DNA of 64,000 bases from assembly GCA_037380845.1 (NCBI GenBank), contig JARRRI010000009.1, positions 98,783-162,782 of the forward strand, in the 5' to 3' direction. Within the stretch, counting starts at the first letter, position 1. Every line of letters starts with the position of its first letter. A program made the position numbers and the translations under genes. The notes below the pieces were generated by a model that was given only the letters and a program-made list of their open reading frames with translations, ran no database searches and was not told where the DNA came from. The DNA comes from Candidatus Sulfobium sp. (lineage in GTDB: Bacteria; Nitrospirota; Thermodesulfovibrionia; Thermodesulfovibrionales; UBA6898). Below, in pieces: positions 55,237 to 64,000 of the stretch.

Positions 55237-56037
55237 ATGGACAAAGGAAAAAACAACAAAATCCGGCAACTCGTTATAAAAAGCTATTCGTCTGCCGCGG
55301 CGGGGTCCCCTTCCGTCTTTCCGGCAGGCAGCTGCTGTTCGCCGAGCTCCGGCAGTATCAGCCTCTTCGAGACAGGCAAACGGCTGGGGTACTCCGACGA
55401 AGAGCTGAAGATCGGCCTGGGCGAGGCGAACCTGGGTCTCGGATGCGGAAACCCCCATGCTATCGCCGACCTTAAAGAGGGAGAGAGGGTGCTTGACCTC
55501 GGGAGCGGCGCAGGCTTCGACGCCTTCCTCTCCGCCATGAAGGTAGGTCCCGAAGGGTTCGTCATCGGTGTCGACATGACACCGGAGATGGTCGGAAAAG
55601 CAGGGGAGAATGCGGAGAAACTTAAGGCGAAAAATGTTGATTTCAGACTTGGAGAGATAGAGCGCCTTCCCGTCCGGGATTCGGAGGTGGATGTGGTCAT
55701 TTCCAATTGCGTGATCAATCTTTCCCCCGACAAACAGGCGGTCTTCGATGAGGCATTTCGCGCTCTCAGGCCCGGGGGGCGGCTTGCGATCTCCGACATA
55801 TTGAAAAAAGGGGATTTTTCCGAGGAGATCAGGAAGAACGAGCAGGCTTACAGCGGTTGAATCACCGGCTCGGTTCCCGTGGAGGAACTGGAGGAGATCC
55901 TCAAAAAGGCCGGGTTCAGGGACGTCGTCATCCAGAACAAGGACAACAGTGACGACATCATCAGGAGCTGGAACTTCGGTGAGGGCGTCGAGAAGATGGT
56001 CTTTTCGGCCTATATCAAGGCCACGAAGCCGGAATAG
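55237..56037 (+). CDS. arsM: Arsenite methyltransferase, probable selenoprotein (UGA 55858-55860)
   Basis: GLGCGNP, LDLGSGAGFD, ISNCVINL; frame continues past TGA as ITGSV..AGF..SAYIKATKPE to TAG 56037. Confidence 0.9.
55869..55893 (+). promoter_or_regulatory. Bacterial SECIS-like hairpin
   Basis: CGGTTCC-CGTGGA-GGAACTG; loop begins about 17 nt after UGA with G in its first two positions. Confidence 0.65.
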
Positions 56038-56107
56038 CAGCAGCTGATGACGGCCTGACAACATCCGATCCGTCCAAAACGCTGCAAAAAAGCTTCAACT
56101 CGACTCC

Positions 56108-56249
56108 GTCATTCCCGAGGCAGTAATCGGGTCGAAGCGACTCTCAGCCAAGTCGTAGCGACCCCGCGCGGAGACCCGCTTCGGGACTCCCATCGGGAAT
56201 CCAGGTTTTCAGAGAGATTGGATGCCCGACTAAGGACCTCGGGCATGAC
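56108..56249. repeat. REP-like palindromic repeat with nested 66-bp insertion
   Basis: GTCATTCCCG..ATCGGG[insert]ATCGGG AATCCA..TGGATGCCCG..CGGGCATGAC. Confidence 0.75.
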
Positions 56250-56315
56250 GAAAAAGGCCTGGTAACATTCAGTGAACTCCGGCATTGAGGGTATTGCGAG
56301 GGGTTTGATCACGCC

Positions 56316-57374
56316 ATGCTTGAAATCGACGGCAGTTACGGCGAGGGAGGCGGTCAGATACTCAGGACGTCCCTCGGCCTCTCATGTCTTCTGCAGAAAC
56401 CCTTCCGCATTTTCAATATCCGGAAAAGCCGGAAAAAGCCCGGCCTCATGCCGCAGCATCTTGCCTGCGTCAGGGCGCTGGCCTGCCTGTCTCACGCCTC
56501 CGTCAGGGGCGATCACGAAGGGTCCGTTGAAATCATCTTCGAACCAGACAGGCCCGAGCCCGGAGATTACTATTTTGAGATCGGCACCGCCGGGTCGACT
56601 TCTCTCCTCTTTCAGGCTATCCTGCCGTCTCTCATAAGGGCCGGTGGCGATTCACGTATCACGCTGAAAGGCGGCACGCATGTGCCTTTCAGCCCGTCTT
56701 CTGATTACATTCGTGAAGTGTTTGCTCCCTCACTGGAGAAGCTGGGCATATGCCTGAAGATCGGGAGCGTGAGGTGCGGCTTTTATCCCAGGGGGGGAGG
56801 CGAAATCAGGATAGAGGTGTCGTGTCAGGGGAAGATAAGAGGCTTGACCCTGGAAGAAAGGGGTGAGGTAAGATCTATCAGGGGCGTATCAGGCGTGGGA
56901 AATCTGCCGGTGAGCATCGCGGAGCGCCAGAGGAAAGCGGCCCTCATCCCCCTTTTGCATTACGGACTGGCTGCGGAAATCGAACTGCTGGAGGTCCCGG
57001 CTTTCGGCAGAGGGACATTCCTCTTCCTCCTGTTTGAATCGGAAAACTGTATCGCCGGTTTTTCAGCGCTCGGCCAGATCGGGAAAAAAGCGGAGACTGT
57101 GGGGCAGGAGGCGGCCGGGGAACTCATCGGTTATTATCTCACGACAGCGTGTCTCGACCCGCATCTGGCGGACCAGATAATCCCTTACCTCGCCGTTGCC
57201 GAAGGCGAGTCGTCATTTACCGCCAGCCGCATATCGAACCATCTTCTGACCAACCTGTGGATAACGGAGAAGTTCGCGGGCATAAAATATACCGTCCACG
57301 GGGAGAAGGAGAAGCCGGGGAAGGTCTCCGTTCAGCCCGCCTGCACAATCATTAGAAAAGAATTTTGCCGGTGA
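56316..57374 (+). CDS. rtcA: RNA 3'-terminal phosphate cyclase
   Basis: IDGSYGEGGGQILR, PGLMPQH, GGTHV, GFYPRGGG, DPHLADQ. Confidence 0.95.
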   Translation: MLEIDGSYGEGGGQILRTSLGLSCLLQKPFRIFNIRKSRKKPGLMPQHLACVRALACLSHASVRGDHEGSVEIIFEPDRPEPGDYYFEIGTAGSTSLLFQAILPSLIRAGGDSRITLKGGTHVPFSPSSDYIREVFAPSLEKLGICLKIGSVRCGFYPRGGGEIRIEVSCQGKIRGLTLEERGEVRSIRGVSGVGNLPVSIAERQRKAALIPLLHYGLAAEIELLEVPAFGRGTFLFLLFESENCIAGFSALGQIGKKAETVGQEAAGELIGYYLTTACLDPHLADQIIPYLAVAEGESSFTASRISNHLLTNLWITEKFAGIKYTVHGEKEKPGKVSVQPACTIIRKEFCR

Positions 57375-57464
57375 TCAACACGGATTTCTGAAAACTTCAA
57401 AGTTGAATCGATCATTACAGAACAGCACGGCTTTGCCGGTATTCGCGGCGCTTCAGGGCGAAGG

Positions 57465-58973
57465 CTAGGCGAAGCTCTTTTTTTCGACCAGACGGTAGTG
57501 GTTTTCGAATATCTTGCGGAAATGAAAGCCGTAGATCGTGAAAGTTATCGCCATAGGGAGGAGTCTCGGGCGTGTAAAGAGCGACCACAAAAAGAGCCTC
57601 CAGTAGTAGAAGCGCTCTTTCCCGAGGATGCCCAGAAAGACAACGGACTTGAGGGCGGCCTTGATGTGGCTGGCCTTGATATGCATCAGGTTTGCCTGCA
57701 CCGGCTTATAGTCTTTCAGAAATTCTTTGACCCTGGCGTAATAATGACGGGGGGAATAGATCGTCTGGATGATCTTCCGGTAGCCGTTAATAAGCGTCTC
57801 GGGGTTCATCCGGGGAACGAAATTAATTGAAAAGTCCGTGTTGTCACCGGTCGCCGCTTTCAGCAGCCTGCCTTCCTGTTGAAGGCGATGATAGAGTTTC
57901 GTCCCCTGAGGAGCATTTAGCAAACCGACCATCGCCGTCACGATGCCGCTTTCCTGGATAAAACCGATTAACCGTTCGAAGATCGTGGCAGGATCATTGT
58001 CGAAACCCACGATAAATCCCGCCTGGACCTCAAGCCCGAACCGCTGGATCTTCTTGACGCATGCCTTAAGGTCCCGGTTCTTGTTCTGGACCTTCTGACA
58101 TTCGACAAGACTCTCTTCATTCGGGGACTCGATCCCGACAAAGACCGTGGTGAACCCCGCCCCGACCATGAGGCGCATGAGTTCTTCGTCATCGGACAGG
58201 TTTATCGAGACCTCCGTAGAGAGAACGAAGGGATAGGAACGTTTTTCCATCCAGTCGATTATGGCGGGAAGAACCTCCTTCTTGAGCTTTGACCTGTTTC
58301 CTATGAAGTTATCGTCAACAAAGAAAACTCCTCCCCTCCACCCTTTAACGTAGAGGCCCTCCAGTTCGGCCAGTATCTGTTCCTTCTCCTTTGTGCGGGG
58401 TCTGCGTCCGTAAAGCACTGTGATATTGCAGAATTCGCAGTCGAAGGGGCAACCCCGCGAATACTGGATGTTCATCGAGGCATAAGGTTTCAGGTCAACC
58501 AGTTCCATGAGGGGGGCCGGCGTCTCTGTCACATCGGCCCACACCGGGGAGGTGTAACGGTGCTTCGCCCTTCCGTTGCTCAGGTCTTCAAGGAAGAGAG
58601 GAAGTGTTATTTCGGCCTCGTTGAGCACCAGGTGGTCCACATCCTCGAACCCTTCGGGCTCTCCGGTGAAAAGAGGCCCACCGGCTACCGTCCTGACGCC
58701 GAGAATCCTGCATCTGTCGATCACTTCCCTCGCCGAGTCGCCCTGGATCGACATCGCACTGACGAACACATAGTCCGCTCCCTCGATATCCTCATCCAGC
58801 AGGGGCTTGACATTCATGTCGATAAGCTTTTTCTCCCACTCGGCAGGAAGCATGGATGCTACCGTAAGCAGTCCCAACGGGGGAAGACTCGCCTTTTTCG
58901 AGATAAACTTCAGGGCGTGCTTGAAACTCCAGAACGTATCGGGATATTTAGGGTAAACGAGAAGAACCTTCAT
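57465..58973 (-). CDS. B12-binding radical SAM protein (DUF4070-type C-terminus)
   Basis: PPLGLLTVA, RGCPFDCEFC, FFVDDNFIGN, GFIVGFD. Confidence 0.92.
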   Translation of the reverse strand: MKVLLVYPKYPDTFWSFKHALKFISKKASLPPLGLLTVASMLPAEWEKKLIDMNVKPLLDEDIEGADYVFVSAMSIQGDSAREVIDRCRILGVRTVAGGPLFTGEPEGFEDVDHLVLNEAEITLPLFLEDLSNGRAKHRYTSPVWADVTETPAPLMELVDLKPYASMNIQYSRGCPFDCEFCNITVLYGRRPRTKEKEQILAELEGLYVKGWRGGVFFVDDNFIGNRSKLKKEVLPAIIDWMEKRSYPFVLSTEVSINLSDDEELMRLMVGAGFTTVFVGIESPNEESLVECQKVQNKNRDLKACVKKIQRFGLEVQAGFIVGFDNDPATIFERLIGFIQESGIVTAMVGLLNAPQGTKLYHRLQQEGRLLKAATGDNTDFSINFVPRMNPETLINGYRKIIQTIYSPRHYYARVKEFLKDYKPVQANLMHIKASHIKAALKSVVFLGILGKERFYYWRLFLWSLFTRPRLLPMAITFTIYGFHFRKIFENHYRLVEKKSFA

Positions 58974-59220
58974 TCCAACTCCTCATCCTTGCGCCTTGCG
59001 GAGAGCATTCAAGACGAATTAATGATTTCAAAATAACGCTTTCTTACCTGCCTGTCAACTTTTTGAGACCAGGAAAAGTGAAGAGATAAGGATGCTTCCC
59101 CTCTTTTTCTATAAGATAGTGTACTTCTTTTTCTTCGCACAAAGCAAACGGCAACGGCGTCGCCCGCTGCGGGACTTCGGCCTTCCGGAAAGTGACTTTA
59201 TGGAACTATAATGTAATATC

Positions 59221-59811
59221 ATGGTCGATATCCTGGCTATTTACGGCAGCCCCAGGCGCGAAGGGAACACCTCGCTCCTTCTGATGCAGGCCGTAAAGGG
59301 GGCGCGAGAGGCGGGCGCCAAAGTCGAAGAGGTCTTCCTGAGGGACCTCAGGATGTCTCCGTGTCTGGAAATCTATGGCTGCAAAAAGACGGGCAGGTGC
59401 GTTATCCGGGACGATTTCCAGGGCCTTTACGACCGGATCCTCGCCTGCGATGGCATCTTCCTTGCGTCGCCCGTTTTCTTCTATTCCGTGAGCGCCCACA
59501 CGAAGATATTCATGGACCGCTGCCAGTCGTTGTGGGTCAAAAAATACCTGCTGGAGAAGGCGGGAAACAGCGTCCGCAAGCCGGTGCGGAAGGGATTGTT
59601 CATCTCGGCGGGTGCTACAAAGGGCAGAAAACTCTTCGACGGGATGCTCCTGAGCGTTCGCTATTTTTTTGATGCCTTCGATACCGAACTCTGGCGGTCC
59701 CTCCTCTACCGCGGCCTCGATGAAGAAGGTGACGTCCTGAAGCACCCGGAATATCTTGCGGAAGCCTTTGATGCAGGCAGGGAGTTCGTGGAATCTGTAG
59801 AGGAGTCATGA
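59221..59811 (+). CDS. Flavodoxin-fold iron-sulfur flavoprotein / NADPH-FMN reductase family
   Basis: GSPRREGNT, CLEIYGC..C, ASPVFF, KIFMDR. Confidence 0.88.
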   Translation: MVDILAIYGSPRREGNTSLLLMQAVKGAREAGAKVEEVFLRDLRMSPCLEIYGCKKTGRCVIRDDFQGLYDRILACDGIFLASPVFFYSVSAHTKIFMDRCQSLWVKKYLLEKAGNSVRKPVRKGLFISAGATKGRKLFDGMLLSVRYFFDAFDTELWRSLLYRGLDEEGDVLKHPEYLAEAFDAGREFVESVEES

Positions 59812-59929
59812 TGAAAACACCGGCGTATGGGCGGCATCCCTGATCTGTCATTCGCGCCCCGGTCGCCTTTGGCACCGCCGGAGGTATACTCGTCGGGGAT
59901 CCTTCCGGCTTTTTTTACGGCCTCAAAGT

Positions 59930-61291
59930 TTACTCAGGCCTGTGCCTCTTCGATGAGGTCGCGGTGAGGTACAGCAGTCCGGCGATGCCTGCAAGTATAG
60001 AGCCCAGAAGTACCCCCACCTTGGCGTAATCCATCATGGCGGGCTGTCTGAACGAAAGGTCGGTTATAAAAAGTGACATGGTAAAACCGATGCCCCCCAG
60101 GATACCGGTACCAAAAACATGAGCCCAGGTCACACCCGCAGGGAGAGAGGAAAGCTTCAACTTCACCGCCAGCCAGGAAAAAAGGGTTATCCCGACCGGT
60201 TTGCCGAACAGGAGCCCGCACAGGATGCCCAGCATAACAGGGGAAGCAAGTGCCGCCGAAACGTCCATCTCGCCTATCGTGAGCCCGGCATTGGCGAGGG
60301 CGAACAGCGGGACGATGACAAAAACGACCCAGGGGTGAAGCGAGTGCTCGAGCCGCTGGAGCGGAGTCTCCACATCATGACAGGCGAGTTCTATGGACTG
60401 TACCGCGTCCATGTGTTTTTCATTCAGCAGGATTGAATAGCCGCAACCGTCAGTCGGACAGTCGACCTGCCCCAGGTATCCCGCAACCTTTTCCACAAAC
60501 TTTTCAGTGGGATACTTGCCCCTGGCGGGTATGCACATCGCCACAATGACACCCGCCACGGTTGCATGCAGTCCGGAACCGAGGAATGCGAGCCAGAGCG
60601 CGATTCCCAGAAACGCGTAGACCAGCGTTCGCCTTATCCATAGAAGGTTTGCAATGACCATGAGCAGAAAGATGACAATGCCTGTGAGGAGATACAGGGC
60701 AACTATTTTTTCCGTATAGAAAAGAGCGATCACGATGACCGCCCCGAGGTCATCGACAATGGCAAGGGCAGAAAGAAAGATCCTGATGCCCGCAGGCAAT
60801 CTCCTTCCGAGGACGGAAATCGCACCCATGGCAAAGGCTATATCCGTTGCCATCGGGATGCCCCACCCCCCGACACCGGGAAGACCCCTGTTGAATCCGA
60901 AGTAGATCAGCGCCGGGAAGACCATCCCTCCGACGGCGGCGGCGGCGGGGAGCATGGCCTTCTTCAGCGTGGCAAGTTCTCCGACGAGAATCTCCCGTTT
61001 GATTTCGAGCCCTACGATAAAAAAGAATATCGTCATGAACCCTTCGTCAATCCAATCGCGGAGAGTTTTGCTGATGGAGTAGTCACCAAGGACCAGAGAG
61101 AACTCGGTCTGCCAGAAGTCGTGATAAGATGACGAAAAAGCGGAATTGGCCCAGACGAAGGCAAGCACGGTCGCCCCTGCCAGAAGAATGCTGCTCGAAG
61201 CCTCCGCCCGGAAGAAGTACTGAAAGGGCCGGAGAAGATCTTCCGGCAGCTTTTCGGGAGTGGCTATGTACTTCTTGATCTTCTTGATCAC
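59930..61291 (-). CDS. nhaA: Na+/H+ antiporter
   Basis: FFFIVGLEIKRE, PMATDIAFA, LAIVDDLG, GIGFTMSLF. Confidence 0.96.
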   Translation of the reverse strand: MIKKIKKYIATPEKLPEDLLRPFQYFFRAEASSSILLAGATVLAFVWANSAFSSSYHDFWQTEFSLVLGDYSISKTLRDWIDEGFMTIFFFIVGLEIKREILVGELATLKKAMLPAAAAVGGMVFPALIYFGFNRGLPGVGGWGIPMATDIAFAMGAISVLGRRLPAGIRIFLSALAIVDDLGAVIVIALFYTEKIVALYLLTGIVIFLLMVIANLLWIRRTLVYAFLGIALWLAFLGSGLHATVAGVIVAMCIPARGKYPTEKFVEKVAGYLGQVDCPTDGCGYSILLNEKHMDAVQSIELACHDVETPLQRLEHSLHPWVVFVIVPLFALANAGLTIGEMDVSAALASPVMLGILCGLLFGKPVGITLFSWLAVKLKLSSLPAGVTWAHVFGTGILGGIGFTMSLFITDLSFRQPAMMDYAKVGVLLGSILAGIAGLLYLTATSSKRHRPE

Positions 61292-61631
61292 GGCAGCTAT
61301 TCTCCAGGGGCAGTCCCGGTCCCGTGGAGACCGGACGCCCGATAATTTATTCCATTATAACAGTGATCGGCCGGACACCGGAACCGAAGCAGAAACAGAG
61401 AGATGCAGGTAATTTTGACTTCTTCGAAAAAAGCTTCCTTTTATGCAGTCGTTTCCGAGGTAGCAATCGGAGGATCCGTTCTTTTAAGCAGCGGCCTGCG
61501 TCGCTACCCGCCCCTGGTCGCCTCCGGCGCCGCCAACGATGACTTCGCGGTATGACAGCACCGGTTTCACGCTCTCCGTCCCCTGCAGCTCTGCAATGAA
61601 ATTTCTTCCGGATTGTAAGACAATCATTCTG

Positions 61632-61660
61632 TTGACTTCCCGCATGTCGCCTGATAGCAT
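61632..61660 (+). promoter_or_regulatory. sigma70 promoter of the basic repeat protein
   Basis: TTGACT-17-TAGCAT. Confidence 0.6.
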
Positions 61661-61699
61661 GACGGATAGGAGACTCAAATAAAACCGGTGGAGGAGAAG

Positions 61700-62023
61700 A
61701 TGGCACAGGCAAAGGTAGCAAAGAAGGCCGTCAAGACGGCAAAGAAGAGTGCAGCTAAAACAACGAAAGCTGCAGAAAAAAAGGTGGCAAAAACGGCGAA
61801 GGCCGTGAAGAAGAAGGTCGCAAAGACCACAAAGGCGGCGGAGAAGAAGGTTGCCAGGAGTACAAAGGCGGTCAAGAAGACAGCTGCCAAGACCGCTAAG
61901 GCGGCGGAAAAGAAAGTAGCAAAAAAGGCAAAAGCCGTTAAGAAAACAGCGGCCAAAACAACGACGGGCGCAAAAAAGAAGATGGGCGCGACGACAAAAT
62001 CGGTAAGGAAGGCTGTAATCTAA
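61700..62023 (+). CDS. Lys/Ala-rich tandem-repeat basic protein (histone H1-like)
   Basis: SD GGAGGAG; 107 aa, about 35% Lys, 22-aa repeats AK.AKAVKK.AAKT.KAAEKKV. Confidence 0.85.
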   Translation: MAQAKVAKKAVKTAKKSAAKTTKAAEKKVAKTAKAVKKKVAKTTKAAEKKVARSTKAVKKTAAKTAKAAEKKVAKKAKAVKKTAAKTTTGAKKKMGATTKSVRKAVI

Positions 62024-62436
62024 GCCAAACCGGAGAAGGCCGGAATCAATATATTTCAAAACGGAACTGTACTTCGAAAAGCTTCCCCGGGGTTCCGGCG
62101 AATCCTGCATCCTTTGCGGAGACACATTGGTGGTGGCTGCTTGTTAGGGAAAGCGGCGCCGCGTCCTGGATGCCGGCAGGAAGGGAAGAGAATCAACCCG
62201 CCGGTACCGGCATTTGAACCTGTGTGCCCGAAGTTCCCTTAAGCCTGCCAGTCCATTTTTCCGCCACGCTTCCGAATAAAGGCCGGACAATCTTAACAAA
62301 ATTTAATGCAAAAGCCCCCTCTTTCGCCTTGGAAATTCAAATTGTATTCACAGTTAAGTGATAACCTTGCTCATTATGAGATGCACCCGGCCCTCCGGTA
62401 ATAAGGAGGACTTATAAAGCTTGAGGAGGTTTCATA

Positions 62437-62859
62437 ATGTCGAATATATTGGTTGTGGATGATGATTGTCTGGTCAGAATCATATTGAGAGAGGTGCTGA
62501 GGCTTAACAACCATAATGTCAGAGAGGCCTCAAACGGCCAGGAAGCTCTCGACATGATCGATCCCAATGCTCTGCCGGATTTGATCTTCATGGATTACCT
62601 GATGCCGGGACACAGCGGCATAGATTGTGCCAAACAACTGAAGGCCCTGTATCCCTCTTTGAAGATCGTTATCATATCGGGATATTGTGGTATAGATGAC
62701 GATGGCTATCTTATAGCTAATAAGCATCTGTTCGCAGACATTATTCTAAAACCATTCCAGATCAAATATGTGGTCACTACAGTCGAACACGCCCTGGGAA
62801 TCAGCGGACAGTCAAAAGGAAGGCTCGTTGGCTGCGACAACACGACACATCCCGCCTGA
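62437..62859 (+). CDS. Single-domain response regulator
   Basis: ILVVDDD, DLIFMDYLMP, ISG, KPF; SD GAGGAGG. Confidence 0.9.
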   Translation: MSNILVVDDDCLVRIILREVLRLNNHNVREASNGQEALDMIDPNALPDLIFMDYLMPGHSGIDCAKQLKALYPSLKIVIISGYCGIDDDGYLIANKHLFADIILKPFQIKYVVTTVEHALGISGQSKGRLVGCDNTTHPA

Positions 62860-63227
62860 GGCCTGATGTCTTCCCTGTCGCTGCCATAAAAGCCGAAAGT
62901 CAGTGCCCGGGTGTCCATCATTTGGGAGAAATATTGCCGACGGGGGAAAGCTATCAAACGGCGCAAACGCTCCAGGCGATTCATGGCTCTCGCGATAGCT
63001 GCCTGTGCACCGCACATTTCAAAATATTAAAATAATATAGGTCGTTACCGGTAATCAATCATGCTCGGGGAGTTCTATTATGCGCGTTACGCGGGGGAAT
63101 CTTGAATGACCGACTCTTTTCTCCGATGGTTCGCTTCTTATTTGCATCAAGATGGATCAGAAGTGGATAAATTGCTTAAGGATCATACTGCCACTGGATT
63201 CCTCAGGATGGAAAGGAGAAAGCAGAA

Positions 63228-63527
63228 ATGAGCGAAGATGCGGACAATAATATCTCCCGGCGGACGTTGCTTAAGGCAGTTGCGGTAGCAGCGGGCGTGT
63301 CGCTCGCTTCGACTTTTACCGTCACGGCATGCTCCGCGAAGGCGACTAAGGCCGCCATGGAGTACCAGGACAAGCCGCAGGGCGACGAGCAGTGCAGTAA
63401 ATGCAAGTTCTTTATCCCGGGGGGGACGCCGAAAGCAAAAGGCACGTGTCAGGTGGTGCAAGGCTTGATCAGTCCGCACGGCTGGTGCACCGCCTTTACC
63501 GGAAAATCCCGGCCCGGCGAGTCGTAG
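63228..63527 (+). CDS. Tat-exported high-potential iron-sulfur protein (Iro-like HiPIP)
   Basis: SRRTLLK Tat motif; YQDKP, CSKC..C..ISPHGWC. Confidence 0.9.
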   Translation: MSEDADNNISRRTLLKAVAVAAGVSLASTFTVTACSAKATKAAMEYQDKPQGDEQCSKCKFFIPGGTPKAKGTCQVVQGLISPHGWCTAFTGKSRPGES

Positions 63528-64000
63528 ATTGTTGTCTCTATATGTGTATTCCCTTACTTGTGCAAGAGAGACTTTCTAACCCGGATTATTAATGAATAAT
63601 GTGGTGGACACGAAATGGGACAGACTTCCAGAACGTTGATGAATTAGTTGACTTATTAGAGGAAGGCCATCATGGCAGAAAGCAACTGGTGTTTCACAGG
63701 TGATGGGGAAAAAACAAAGTTCACTAATTCATCAACGTCCGTGCCTCCCCCCAACAGTGAGTAAGATGACGGATTTTTTCATTAGAAGGTGTGGACGTCA
63801 CCAACTACTTCTCAAAATTCAAGAACCTGAAGGATGATATTTTCCGTCTGAAAGATGGAAAGCGGGATGTTTCCCTTTCCCCCTCAAAGAGGATGCAGCT
63901 GGATTAACTTGTTGGATGGACGTAGGAAACCTATGTCAGATGGTCATACATGATTTCTTGAGTATTGCTAAAGGCGTTTGTTGCAGCGGCTATTTTCCCC

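Noticed and set aside
61484..62125. Phe/Ala-rich minus-strand ORFs as membrane proteins
   Set aside because: Mirror of the Lys/Ala gene, which has the promoter and SD
63660..64000. Short ORFs at the window end
   Set aside because: Under about 40 codons with no recognisable similarity

Overview
A 64-kb bacterial chromosomal window, about 55-58% GC by eye. Protein similarity recalled from memory suggests an anaerobic Nitrospirota (Thermodesulfovibrionia-like) organism; this is inference. It opens with a giant (>1800 codon) sigma54-driven PilY1-type adhesin gene carrying about 14 cysteine-rich modules and one frameshift, next to a cluster of membrane glycosyltransferases. Housekeeping and accessory genes follow: bioA, plsC, cobA/hemD, a PAS-GGDEF cyclase, a tungstate ABC operon with two tupA genes and a divergent LysR, metB, thrC, moeB, tRNA-Gln/tRNA-Glu, nrdR, glyA, rpiB, a PDO-TrxR fusion, rfaE1, a porin, lptFG, a GH57 enzyme, truA, an M1-ChaN-PDZ protein, infC, arsM, rtcA, a B12 radical SAM enzyme, nhaA, a Lys/Ala-repeat basic protein and an Iro-like HiPIP. 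Signals the ORF track misses: (1) arsM has an in-frame UGA at a catalytic Cys position followed by a SECIS-like hairpin (probable selenoprotein); (2) an orphan infC with a likely AUA start; (3) many genes with a -10 box only 5-9 nt before the start codon and no clear SD (probable leaderless mRNAs); (4) a TupA paralogue without signal peptide; (5) about ten genes broken by deletions, fusions or frameshifts (decay or assembly collapse); (6) families of palindromic and heptamer repeats, one with a nested insertion. No CRISPR array, rRNA, prophage or transposase was seen.
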